Under the pieces are notes generated by a model. It saw only the letters and a list, made by a program, of their open reading frames with translations. It did no database searches and was not told the DNA's origin. A stretch of DNA of 64,000 nt from an uncultured Pseudomonadales bacterium (GTDB taxonomy: Bacteria > Patescibacteriota > Microgenomatia > UBA1400 > PJMF01): NCBI GenBank assembly GCA_964437755.1, contig CAYTIA010000001.1, forward strand, positions 45,658 to 109,657. Reading direction: 5' to 3'. A program made the translations under genes and the position numbers. Below, one piece after another: positions 40,995 to 49,828 of the stretch (position 1 is the stretch's first letter; each line of letters begins with the position of its first letter).

Positions 40995-41281
40995 GAAGGC
41001 TCCTTTTTATGGTTGTTATCTAAAAGCAATCTTAATGTTTGTGTTTTATCTAAAACACAAAAATAGAGACTAAATGGACAGTCTCCAATATCTAAAAAAT
41101 GACACTAAAGTAAAAGTTGAGATGTCACTAGTTTACAATAATTGTATTTTTGCTTGACTCTGCCGATTGAATATTTTTTAATAACTATATCTATCATGTT
41201 TAGACGACAAAAAAATCTGCCACCTCTGGCATTGGTCATAAAACTCCACACGTAAGTGGCAATTCTATCATTTTCGTCAGA

Positions 41282-42301
41282 CTAGCGCAAGTAGTTATTA
41301 ATATTCTGATTATGTTCTTGTAGCGTCCTTCCGAAGTGGATTCTGCCGGAACTATCATGAATATAGTATAGATAATCTGAATATAGAGGATTCACTGAAG
41401 CCTCAAGTGCATCAAAACCTGGATTACAAATTGGAGCAGGAGGCAAACCTGGATTTTGATAGGTGTTATATCTAGAATCAATCTGTTTGTCAGCTGCTAA
41501 AGGAGTAGACCACCAAGTTTCAGTCTGTTCATTGAATCCTTTTGCATATTGAAGAGTTGCATCAACCTGAAGAGGCATTCCTAGTTCCAATCTCTTGAAA
41601 ATCACTCCAGCCACTCTCTTCATTTGATCTGAACCCTTTGCCTCTCTTTCAAGAAGTGAAGCTATCACAATTAACTCATCAACAGAGTACTCAGATTTTT
41701 CAATATCATCCGCAAGTGAAGCAATCTTTTTTTCAAAGGTGTTATTCATTAAAGAAATTAAGGCTTGAGTTGTAATCTCTTTAGGAACCAAATAAGTGTC
41801 AGGAAATAGCTTGCCTTCCATACCTACCGTCTGCAATAAAAATTCATCCTTATCAAAAAAAGCTAAATCATAACCTGAGAGACTTTGGGCTATCTCTTCT
41901 CTGCGAATGCCCTCTGGGAAAGTAATCCACACATCATCAGCCCCATCACTTAAAGTCTCTAAAATCTCTGCAAGACTCATTTTCTGGGAAAGCTCAAAAC
42001 TTCCAGCCTGAATATTGTATTTATCTTCATTTAATCTATAAAAGATTTGAAAAAGTTTAGAGTTTTTAATGAGATTATTTTCTTTAAGACGTTCAGCAAC
42101 TACTGTCACTGACTGTCCTCTTGGAACAACAAAACGAACTAGCTCTTTATTGTCTGAAGAAACTGGCTGAAGAAGCGATGCTATCACAATACTTACCACC
42201 ACGCCTACGATCATCAAAGTAACTAGCAAAAACAATGCAACTTTAAATACTAGACTTTTTTTCTTTTTATTGCTTGTTTTTTCTTCATTTTTTTTGAACA
42301 T
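41282..42301 (-). CDS. mltG: endolytic murein transglycosylase MltG (YceG-like)
   Basis: N-terminal TM then a YceG domain with YNTYQNPGLPPAPICNPG (conserved GLPP.PI motif). Confidence 0.75.
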   Translation of the reverse strand: MFKKNEEKTSNKKKKSLVFKVALFLLVTLMIVGVVVSIVIASLLQPVSSDNKELVRFVVPRGQSVTVVAERLKENNLIKNSKLFQIFYRLNEDKYNIQAGSFELSQKMSLAEILETLSDGADDVWITFPEGIRREEIAQSLSGYDLAFFDKDEFLLQTVGMEGKLFPDTYLVPKEITTQALISLMNNTFEKKIASLADDIEKSEYSVDELIVIASLLEREAKGSDQMKRVAGVIFKRLELGMPLQVDATLQYAKGFNEQTETWWSTPLAADKQIDSRYNTYQNPGLPPAPICNPGFDALEASVNPLYSDYLYYIHDSSGRIHFGRTLQEHNQNINNYLR

Positions 42302-42377
42302 AGATCAATAGTGTAGCACAAATAAACTTGCTAACTATGATTTAGGTATTAAGTTAGTCCTAGCTCAGTATAAAAAA

Positions 42378-42770
42378 CTATTGATAACTTATCCACTCTT
42401 CAAGAAAGAGAGAGGCAGCAAAATGATCAATCGGGCCAGAAATTCTCTTACCTCTTTCTTTCATCTTTTCTCTCACATCGTGAGAACTTAAAGTTTCGTC
42501 GATAAACTCTATGGGCAGATTAATTGTTTTAGTTAGTTGTTCACTAAATAATTTGGTCTGTTTGGCCATCTGCTGTTCTGAAATACCAAGTACCAGCTGA
42601 TTAACCTCATTTTCTTGACAAACTTGTTTAATTCTAGTTATAGCCTCTTCGATTTTTTGATACTCGATTACTTCCAAAGGAATGGCCAAGGAAGCAAAAG
42701 AAATTGCTAATCCGATTCTTTTCGTACCGTAATCAATTGCCAAAGCTTTAATATTTTCCATAATAACCAC
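42378..42770 (-). CDS. ruvX: putative pre-16S rRNA nuclease / Holliday-junction resolvase-like YqgF (RuvX)
   Basis: ALAIDYGTKRIGLAIS N-terminal RNase H-like motif; about 130 aa; true start probably at MENIK. Confidence 0.75.
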   Translation of the reverse strand: MVIMENIKALAIDYGTKRIGLAISFASLAIPLEVIEYQKIEEAITRIKQVCQENEVNQLVLGISEQQMAKQTKLFSEQLTKTINLPIEFIDETLSSHDVREKMKERGKRISGPIDHFAASLFLEEWISYQ

Positions 42771-42781
42771 TAAGCATAGTT

Positions 42782-43768
42782 TTAATCATCTCTAATTAAT
42801 TGAGCAGTTACTACTCCTCGACGAAGATATGTTCCCTCTGGAGTACAAGTAACTAATTTTAACTGTCTAACACCATAATCCTGAGAAAGGATAAAGGTAT
42901 CTGATGGCTTAACTTCAGTTTTGTCTTCTACAATATATGTATAACGAACATCTCCATAATGGAGATAAATTTTATCACCTCTTTCAAGAGTCATGATTGT
43001 ACTAAAAATTGAGTTATAGCGACGAGGATTCGATTCTTTAGGATTATAAAACTGTCTAAGTAGTGAGTGACCAAAGATAACTGGAGCTCCAGGCTTTCCT
43101 GGCAATGATGTGCCAGGATATTGAATTAAACTTTCCTCGAGATCCACTCCTCCAATTGTTACCACAGCGTTTTCTATTCCTAAATCTGGAATTTCCAAAA
43201 TATATTCCCCGCTTTGACGCGCTAACAAACTTGTGCGGTTAACAAGATCTGAGGCCATTTGATCTTCAAACCAGTTCGACAGATTTGTAAAATCAAGTTG
43301 AGCATCAACTATAACCGGACCGCGCTTAACTTTAGAAATGGCCTCAGCGTTATCAATACTGGCATAATCTTCTTGTAAACTTTGAGCTACTACCAGAGGC
43401 GTTACGTCCAGCACATTCTCCTGCGGAATTGGTAAAACAAGTTTTTCTGCCTTCGTCTGAGGAAGAGTCTTCACATAATAACCAACAACTGGCATAACGG
43501 CACTACCCAGTAACATAACCCCAACAAAGATTAACAAAATCGGCAACATATTTGCTCCAAACCTAACTAGTCTAGGCAAAGCATTGGCTAACGCAGCAGT
43601 TTGCTTTTCATCAATCTCTTCCTCAACCTTCTGAGCAACCATCATTCGGGTGAGCTTGTTTGTTACCTTTTCTTCTAAACCTTCATAGCTACCTTCTCTA
43701 AGCAACGCTTCGCGATATAGACGGATAAGTTCACGATGATCTAGGCCAATATGAGATTGATTTATCAT
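42782..43768 (-). CDS. sortase-family transpeptidase with ~70-aa cytoplasmic N-terminal extension and one TM
   Basis: Catalytic triad context: VIFGHSLL (His), LKLVTCTP (TLxTC Cys), YLRRGVV (Arg); TM LPILLIFVGVMLLGSAVMPVVGYYV. Confidence 0.65.
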   Translation of the reverse strand: MINQSHIGLDHRELIRLYREALLREGSYEGLEEKVTNKLTRMMVAQKVEEEIDEKQTAALANALPRLVRFGANMLPILLIFVGVMLLGSAVMPVVGYYVKTLPQTKAEKLVLPIPQENVLDVTPLVVAQSLQEDYASIDNAEAISKVKRGPVIVDAQLDFTNLSNWFEDQMASDLVNRTSLLARQSGEYILEIPDLGIENAVVTIGGVDLEESLIQYPGTSLPGKPGAPVIFGHSLLRQFYNPKESNPRRYNSIFSTIMTLERGDKIYLHYGDVRYTYIVEDKTEVKPSDTFILSQDYGVRQLKLVTCTPEGTYLRRGVVTAQLIRDD

Positions 43769-43815
43769 TGTTAAGCAGGCTATATAAATTTTTTATTGAC
43801 ACACTCAAAAACGAG

Positions 43816-46011
43816 CTATTGTTTAATATCAAGTTTAATTTTTTCTATATTTGACGGCATCTTCTTAAAGATTGAGTTTGCAAAAGATGGCGTAAACTCA
43901 AACTTAACTTCAGACACTTCTTCGAGTTGAGTTAATTTTGAACTCACCTCATCAATTTGTAAATTTGGGAGATCTTTGATTAGAGAATCTGGATCAACTT
44001 TTGCTTGAGCCTTTCCTTCTAGTTTAGCCTCAATTTTTAGTTGAGAGTCACCATCTTCTTCTGATTCAATTAGTTTTGAGTCAACCTTTAGGCCATTGTC
44101 CACAAACTCATAATTTTCAGGAACGTCATCAGCTAAAACCACTCGTGCTAAATCGAGCAAATCTTGATTCGTGTAAGAAAGTCCGTTAACCTCTATTTTT
44201 AACGATAGGCTGACTTCGTTTGCTTCATCACCAATCTCTGCACTATATTCTTGAGAAATAATTTTAAACTCTTCAGTTGGAACTATGTGCAGATCAATTT
44301 TTTGAGATTCAAGCATCTCGTCTCTGGCTTTTTTAAGCAATTTTTGTCTTAGGGTTGTTAATAGCTCCTGATAATCAGCTTCAGAAACCACTCTAATTTC
44401 TCTACTAGAACCACCGGTAAAGTTATCCACTGCTTTGGCTGAATAGGTCTCAGTAGAAAAAGACTCTATCTTAAAATCTGTGTCCTTGGAGATATTGCTT
44501 TCTGTGCCAATTTCCTTAGCCACAACCCTTACATTCTTCTGACCGTACTCTCTCTTTTCGCTATCTCCAGTGCTACTCACCTCAACTTTTGAAGCTGGTA
44601 CTTTTACTTCTGCATCAAGAATAAACTCTAATGATCCAGCATAAACAACTGTACCTTTATCGAAAGTTTTATCCGAATCAGTTTTGTTTAAAATTCTTAT
44701 TTCTCCACTAGCTTTTTCACCAACTTGCTTCATACCCGTAGTTAGAGTTGATTCATCTCCAGACATCTCCTCACTTATTTTTTCGGCTTTTAGAAGATTC
44801 AGTTTAGGATCAGACTTTGCGATACTGGGGTCAAGAAAAATATTTAACTCCTTATCTAAGCGGTGAACACTTGGTTGAACTGCTACAACCACTTGATAGC
44901 TACTCTTAAGCAAAATAAAAGAAACAAACAAAGATACTAATAAGCCAAGAATTACGGCAACCGCAATTATTAACCTGATTTTTTGCTTCTTAGTTGGTTT
45001 TTTCTTTTTCGAAATTTGAGGAGAATTTTTCGTTGATGATGGCACCACGTTTTGGCCACCAATTTTTGAACCTTCTTGGTCAACAGCAATTGGCACCCCA
45101 AAACTTGTGGCAACAGCAGTATCTTTTGTCGGAGAAGTGATGTTGGCTGAACTCGGAACCGCCAACGAATCGGACAATAACTCAGTTTTCTCTTCATCAG
45201 CAAACTCATCATCCTCAGACTCAAAACTCATATCAACTTCTTTTGTGATTAATCCGCTATCCTTTGCCACAGCAACTCCCCCTTGTTTTACTACTGCCTC
45301 CAACACCTCTCTTGACTTAACCACCTCTACAACCGGCTGCTGAATAAAGCCATATTCGCCCACCCAATCAATTGACAATAGTTGCTGTTGATATAAAACT
45401 AAACTTTCATCCTCGACAGAGGCAGAGGCCAAAACAATATTTAGAGGAAATTTTTTTCCAGTTTTTTCAAGATCACCATTTAAACGAGCCAAAACTTCTT
45501 GAATATCCAAAAGAATGTTTTCAGACCTACCCACAGATAATGTCTTCTGAACTTGACCCTGGTGAAGTACATTTAAAGTTAAAGAGGTAGACCCAAGATA
45601 AACCACCAAAGCTGAAAGGTAATGATTATCGTTGGTTAGATGATTGATTAGCGCCTCAGTGCTTAATACAAACCCCACTGCCTCTAAAGACAATGATTTA
45701 CAAAGTTCTTGCAATCTCTCATCGTGAGGTACTTTTATTTCTGTTTGTGTTGCCCACTCTGGCTCAAGTGCAAACAAAACTTGATCAGTTTTTTCGGACT
45801 CTTTTCCCAGATCTTGTAAACTCTCATCACATTGAATCAATTGATCGTCCTCAGACTGATAATATCGAATGGGGGATTGATTGAGAATATGAACTTGCCC
45901 CTCAACTATTCTCCACAAGGCAGAGCTTACAGAGATATCAGTAAGAAGTAAAGAAATAAATAACTCGTTGTTATTTTTTTTATTTTTTAAAAAAACGTTT
46001 GGCAGGCCCAT
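43816..46011 (-). CDS. FtsA/PilM-like actin-fold domain fused through a single TM helix to a ~360-aa extracytoplasmic domain
   Basis: N-terminus KNNNELFISLLLTDISVSSALWRIVEGQ resembles the FtsA start NNNELYVSLDIGTSNTKVIVGE; second phosphate-like region ALVVYLGSTSLTLNVLHQGQV resembles FtsA IDIGGGSTTIAVFQNG; TM IRLIIAVAVILGLLVSLFVSFILL at about residue 345; C-terminal domain with no recognisable family. Confidence 0.45.
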   Translation of the reverse strand: MGLPNVFLKNKKNNNELFISLLLTDISVSSALWRIVEGQVHILNQSPIRYYQSEDDQLIQCDESLQDLGKESEKTDQVLFALEPEWATQTEIKVPHDERLQELCKSLSLEAVGFVLSTEALINHLTNDNHYLSALVVYLGSTSLTLNVLHQGQVQKTLSVGRSENILLDIQEVLARLNGDLEKTGKKFPLNIVLASASVEDESLVLYQQQLLSIDWVGEYGFIQQPVVEVVKSREVLEAVVKQGGVAVAKDSGLITKEVDMSFESEDDEFADEEKTELLSDSLAVPSSANITSPTKDTAVATSFGVPIAVDQEGSKIGGQNVVPSSTKNSPQISKKKKPTKKQKIRLIIAVAVILGLLVSLFVSFILLKSSYQVVVAVQPSVHRLDKELNIFLDPSIAKSDPKLNLLKAEKISEEMSGDESTLTTGMKQVGEKASGEIRILNKTDSDKTFDKGTVVYAGSLEFILDAEVKVPASKVEVSSTGDSEKREYGQKNVRVVAKEIGTESNISKDTDFKIESFSTETYSAKAVDNFTGGSSREIRVVSEADYQELLTTLRQKLLKKARDEMLESQKIDLHIVPTEEFKIISQEYSAEIGDEANEVSLSLKIEVNGLSYTNQDLLDLARVVLADDVPENYEFVDNGLKVDSKLIESEEDGDSQLKIEAKLEGKAQAKVDPDSLIKDLPNLQIDEVSSKLTQLEEVSEVKFEFTPSFANSIFKKMPSNIEKIKLDIKQ

Positions 46012-46089
46012 AATGTATTTTGATGTAAATATAAGCTACTAATATTAAAGCAGACAATCTCAAGGATGAAAAGAGGCGATGCAAATCTA

Positions 46090-48033
46090 CTAATCGATGT
46101 TTTTTTCTACTTGTCGAACATAGACCCTTCTTACTCCTGAAGCAGCCGATTTTTCTTTAAAGATTTCAATTTGGCCAATCTGCCCCGTTGATAAAACATG
46201 AGGACCACCACATAACTCTTTTGAAATAAAAGCCCCGTTATCCAACTGCATTTTTTTATCAGAGTTTTTATCAAGTAAACCAATTAAGTATACTGAAACT
46301 TCATCAGGATAACGCTCTGCAAAAAATGCTAAAGCTCCAGATTCTAATGCTTCTTGCTTGTTCATAATTATTTTTTTAACTGGAAGATCTTGGGAAACCC
46401 AGTCATTAATCTGATTTTGAATCAGATCAATTTGCTCCTGAGTTAAAGCCTGAGGGTGTGAGAAGTCAAATCTTAAACGATCAGCAGAAATATTTGACCC
46501 CTTTTGCTGAACATGATTACCCAACACCTTTCTGAGGGCGGCATGCAGTAAATGAGTCGCGGTGTGATAAGCAGTGGTTATATCAGAATGATCAGCTAAT
46601 CCACCTTTAAACTTATTATTTGAAGTGGAACGAGAGTGAGATATGTGTGCTTGCTTAGCAAGTAAAAATTCCTCTTCAAAACTTTCAGATATTAAGATCT
46701 GCTGTGTCTTTGCCTCCTCTTGCAATACCTCTAAAGGAAAACCATAAGTTTCATAAAGATGATAAGCCTGAGAACCTGAAAATTTTTTATCTGTTGATGC
46801 CATCTTCATAAACTCTTTTAATCCTTTATTTAAAGTTTTGCCAAATTTGATGCATTCATTTTCGATTTCATTTTTAATTCTTGCTTGATTATCAGCCAAT
46901 TCAGGATACTGATCTTGGTATATTTCTACTACTACCCCAACCAATTCAGGCAAAATTTTAGTTGTAGAGGAAAGATATCTTTCTTGTCTAATGGCTCTAC
47001 GCAGCAATCTACGAACTAAATAACCTTGATCCTTGTTGCTTGGCTTAACACCATCGCCAATCAAAAATACTGCAGCCTTTAAATGGTCTGCGATTACTCT
47101 GAATTTAGAGAGGTGGTCATTATATTTTTTTTCTGATAACTGCTCAATTTTTTCAATAATCGGAGCAAATAAGTCAGTCTGAAAAATATCTGGTTGATCT
47201 TGTAAAACTGCTAAAATTCTTTCTAAACCTCCTCCAAAATCTATATTTTTTTGAGATAGATCAACCAAACCATGCTCAGTTTTTTGATACTGCATAAACA
47301 CGCTGTTTCCAATTTCAAGGAATCTACCACAATCGCAGTTTACATGACAAGGCTGATCGGAAAATTCTGATTTTTCGTGGAATTGATGCTCAGCCCCAAA
47401 ATCGTAAAAGATCTCGCTACTTGGACCACCTGGTTCTCCAGAAGGCATTAAGTCAGGTTCTCCAGCTCTTGACCACCAATTCTTTTTTGAGGAGTATAAA
47501 AGAATGTGAGGTTGATGATTCTCGTTAAATCCACTTTTCTCTGGATTTGGATCAATCTCAGCCTTAATGCCTTTTTGTGCAAATAAGTTTTGCCAAATTT
47601 CAATCGCTTCTTGATCTCTTTCAAGTTGATATTTATTATCTCCAGCAAAAACCGTCACAAAAATTTTATTGGCATCTAAACCTACCACTTCAGTTAAAAA
47701 CTCAAAAATCCAACTCAACTGTTCCTTTTTAAAATAATCTCCAAGTGACCAGTTACCCAACATTTCAAAGAAAGTGGTGTGACGATTGTCTCCCACTTCT
47801 TCAATATCTTGAGCTCTAAAACACTTTTGAGAGTTTGCCAAACGTGATCCTTCAGGATGTTTCTGTCCAAGCAGATAAGGCATAATTGGCTGCATACCAG
47901 CTGTTGTAAAAAGTGTGGTTGGATCATTATCGGGAACCAAAAGTGCTGAAGGAATAATCTGGTGCGATTTTTGTTTCAAAAAATCAAAATAGGCTGTTCT
48001 TAGTTGACTGGCAGAGAAATTTTTTTTATACAT
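46090..48033 (-). CDS. alaS: alanine--tRNA ligase (647 aa; catalytic, tRNA-recognition and editing domains, lacks C-Ala domain)
   Basis: N-terminus LVPDNDPTTLFTTAGMQP; editing-domain HTATHLLHAALRKVLGNHVQQKGS and CGGPHV. Confidence 0.85.
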   Translation of the reverse strand: MYKKNFSASQLRTAYFDFLKQKSHQIIPSALLVPDNDPTTLFTTAGMQPIMPYLLGQKHPEGSRLANSQKCFRAQDIEEVGDNRHTTFFEMLGNWSLGDYFKKEQLSWIFEFLTEVVGLDANKIFVTVFAGDNKYQLERDQEAIEIWQNLFAQKGIKAEIDPNPEKSGFNENHQPHILLYSSKKNWWSRAGEPDLMPSGEPGGPSSEIFYDFGAEHQFHEKSEFSDQPCHVNCDCGRFLEIGNSVFMQYQKTEHGLVDLSQKNIDFGGGLERILAVLQDQPDIFQTDLFAPIIEKIEQLSEKKYNDHLSKFRVIADHLKAAVFLIGDGVKPSNKDQGYLVRRLLRRAIRQERYLSSTTKILPELVGVVVEIYQDQYPELADNQARIKNEIENECIKFGKTLNKGLKEFMKMASTDKKFSGSQAYHLYETYGFPLEVLQEEAKTQQILISESFEEEFLLAKQAHISHSRSTSNNKFKGGLADHSDITTAYHTATHLLHAALRKVLGNHVQQKGSNISADRLRFDFSHPQALTQEQIDLIQNQINDWVSQDLPVKKIIMNKQEALESGALAFFAERYPDEVSVYLIGLLDKNSDKKMQLDNGAFISKELCGGPHVLSTGQIGQIEIFKEKSAASGVRRVYVRQVEKNID

Positions 48034-48520
48034 ACTCTCTGTGTGTACTTACTATTTTTTGTGATACATACTTTTTTAACAAAATAAAGACTCCTCCAAA
48101 GAAAAGATCTCCAAACAAGGTATTTCTATAAAAAGGTAAAGCTAAAGAATAGCAACTCATTAGCCCAATTAAATTTCTTGGATACCAATACCACCAAACT
48201 CCAAAATTTGAAAGTAAGAAAAAAGTTAAACTTGCAATTGGCAAAAATAACATCTGTTTTTTTACATTATTCTTAGCCAACCTACCGAGTAACCAATAAC
48301 TTGCAAAACCTAGATAAGTAAAAACAAAGCCTAAATACAATCCAGAAACCAATAGATCATAAACCATTATTTGAATCATAAAAATCAAAAAGTTGGATTG
48401 AAAAAAGCCAAATGAACCCACCACGCTAAAGTTTGGCATGACCTTAATAAATCTAGAACAAAATACAAAGATCCCTAGATAGATTTTGTTGATAGTGATT
48501 TGAACCTGATTAATAATCAT
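48026..48520 (-). CDS. integral membrane protein (about 5 TM), possibly an ECF-transporter substrate-capture-like component
   Basis: 164 aa, highly hydrophobic with Trp/Tyr-rich loops; overlaps the alaS start by 8 bp; assignment is by context only. Confidence 0.3.
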   Translation of the reverse strand: MIINQVQITINKIYLGIFVFCSRFIKVMPNFSVVGSFGFFQSNFLIFMIQIMVYDLLVSGLYLGFVFTYLGFASYWLLGRLAKNNVKKQMLFLPIASLTFFLLSNFGVWWYWYPRNLIGLMSCYSLALPFYRNTLFGDLFFGGVFILLKKYVSQKIVSTHREYV

Positions 48521-48589
48521 TTTAATAACTAAAAAGTACTCTGGTAAAAAAAATTTTATGTTTAAGTAGGCAACAACAATAACGAAACT

Positions 48590-49069
48590 CTACTCAAAAA
48601 CTTTTAACTCCTCGAACCTCCACTCAACCTGATCGCCAATATTTAGAATAATCTTATCACTCGCTTCTTGAGCATACTCACCATTTATATAGAGTGCCCA
48701 ATAGTACTCATTTGTTGAAGCTTTTCCATTAATACCTGTAACAAAAACGCCAAAATCGTACTGGTCATACTTAATTTCTGCTTTTTTATTCAATAAAGAA
48801 AATGGTGTTTGGCCATCTTGAGTAGCTTCAAGATGAAATATTGAACTTTCTTCACCATTAGTAGAAGATTCTTTTTCTGAGCCATTACTTGTTTCAAAAG
48901 TTGGACGAGAAAAAAGAACATCTTTTGATATCAACAATCTTGAGAAGAGATGAGATTCTTTTGATAAACTTAAAAATAAAAACGCTATAGCTGCCAAACC
49001 AATAACTATAAATAGGGGTAATAATTTTTTGCTCTTATTTTCTGGCTGAATTTCTGATAGTTCCGACAT
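48590..49069 (-). CDS. DUF4430-like exported protein (tentative)
   Basis: N-terminal TM/signal anchor; C-terminus FGVFVTGINGKASTNEYYWALYINGEYAQEASDKIILNIGDQVEWRFEE fits my recollection of the DUF4430 pattern (..ING..YW.y.vNG..a..G....l..GD.v.w.y). Confidence 0.35.
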   Translation of the reverse strand: MSELSEIQPENKSKKLLPLFIVIGLAAIAFLFLSLSKESHLFSRLLISKDVLFSRPTFETSNGSEKESSTNGEESSIFHLEATQDGQTPFSLLNKKAEIKYDQYDFGVFVTGINGKASTNEYYWALYINGEYAQEASDKIILNIGDQVEWRFEELKVFE

Positions 49070-49071
49070 AA

Positions 49072-49434
49072 TTATACTCCTTTAAATTTTTGAGGTGATT
49101 GAGCCTTCTCTTTGGTAATTGTTCTCGTAGCACTTTTTATTTTAAGACCCAAACCTCTTTCTTTTTTTTGATGATTCGTACCAAGCAATAAGCCAATCAA
49201 CTCACTTAATTCAAGATTTCCTACTTTAATATCTTTAATAGATGGTATTTCTTGAGTGGCTTCTTCCCATCTCTCTGAAAAGTTTTCTCGTAGCTGCTCA
49301 CCCTCATCAGATTTAAACAAAAAGTAACTTGAAAATCCAACAAAAAAACCCAAAAGCATTCCCAACCCAAATTGATTGGACTGTTTTGCTGATTCTTTTG
49401 GAACTGAAGGCTGTTGCATTTTGTCTGACATCAA
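49072..49434 (-). CDS. YtxH-like small membrane-anchored protein
   Basis: FGLGMLLGFFVGFSSYFLFKSDEGEQLRENF resembles the YtxH N-terminal GxxxG helix + SGKELRE motif. Confidence 0.35.
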   Translation of the reverse strand: MMSDKMQQPSVPKESAKQSNQFGLGMLLGFFVGFSSYFLFKSDEGEQLRENFSERWEEATQEIPSIKDIKVGNLELSELIGLLLGTNHQKKERGLGLKIKSATRTITKEKAQSPQKFKGV

Positions 49435-49713
49435 CTAACTCTTTTTATCTTCTTTCTTCTTATTAAGATAGCTGACAAATCCCTCAAAAACCTTAACCCC
49501 AGTTTTAACCCCAGCTGCTATTCCAACCAAACCTTGAAGAGGTTGAGCAATACTTTTAATCTTTGTTTCAGTTTCATCTGCAATGTGGTTAACTTTATCA
49601 ATTGCCTGCCTAAATGATTTTAAAACTAAAAATAATTGTACCCCTACAATTGCGAGAACAACCGTTAAAATTAGCAATGATCCGGCCAAGATATAAGGTA
49701 AAATTTGTGTCAT
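49435..49713 (-). CDS. DUF948/YtxG-like small membrane protein
   Basis: 92 aa: one N-terminal TM followed by a coiled segment, same organisation as YtxG; sits immediately upstream of the YtxH-like gene, as in Bacillus ytxGH. Confidence 0.35.
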   Translation of the reverse strand: MTQILPYILAGSLLILTVVLAIVGVQLFLVLKSFRQAIDKVNHIADETETKIKSIAQPLQGLVGIAAGVKTGVKVFEGFVSYLNKKKEDKKS

Positions 49714-49828
49714 TTTTTTGTCTCCTTTAATAAATTCGTTAACAACTCCAATGATTAATATATAGTTAACTCATTTTTTGAGGTGTAATCATAATTAGCT
49801 AACTATAACATACTCTGTATTTGAAAGA

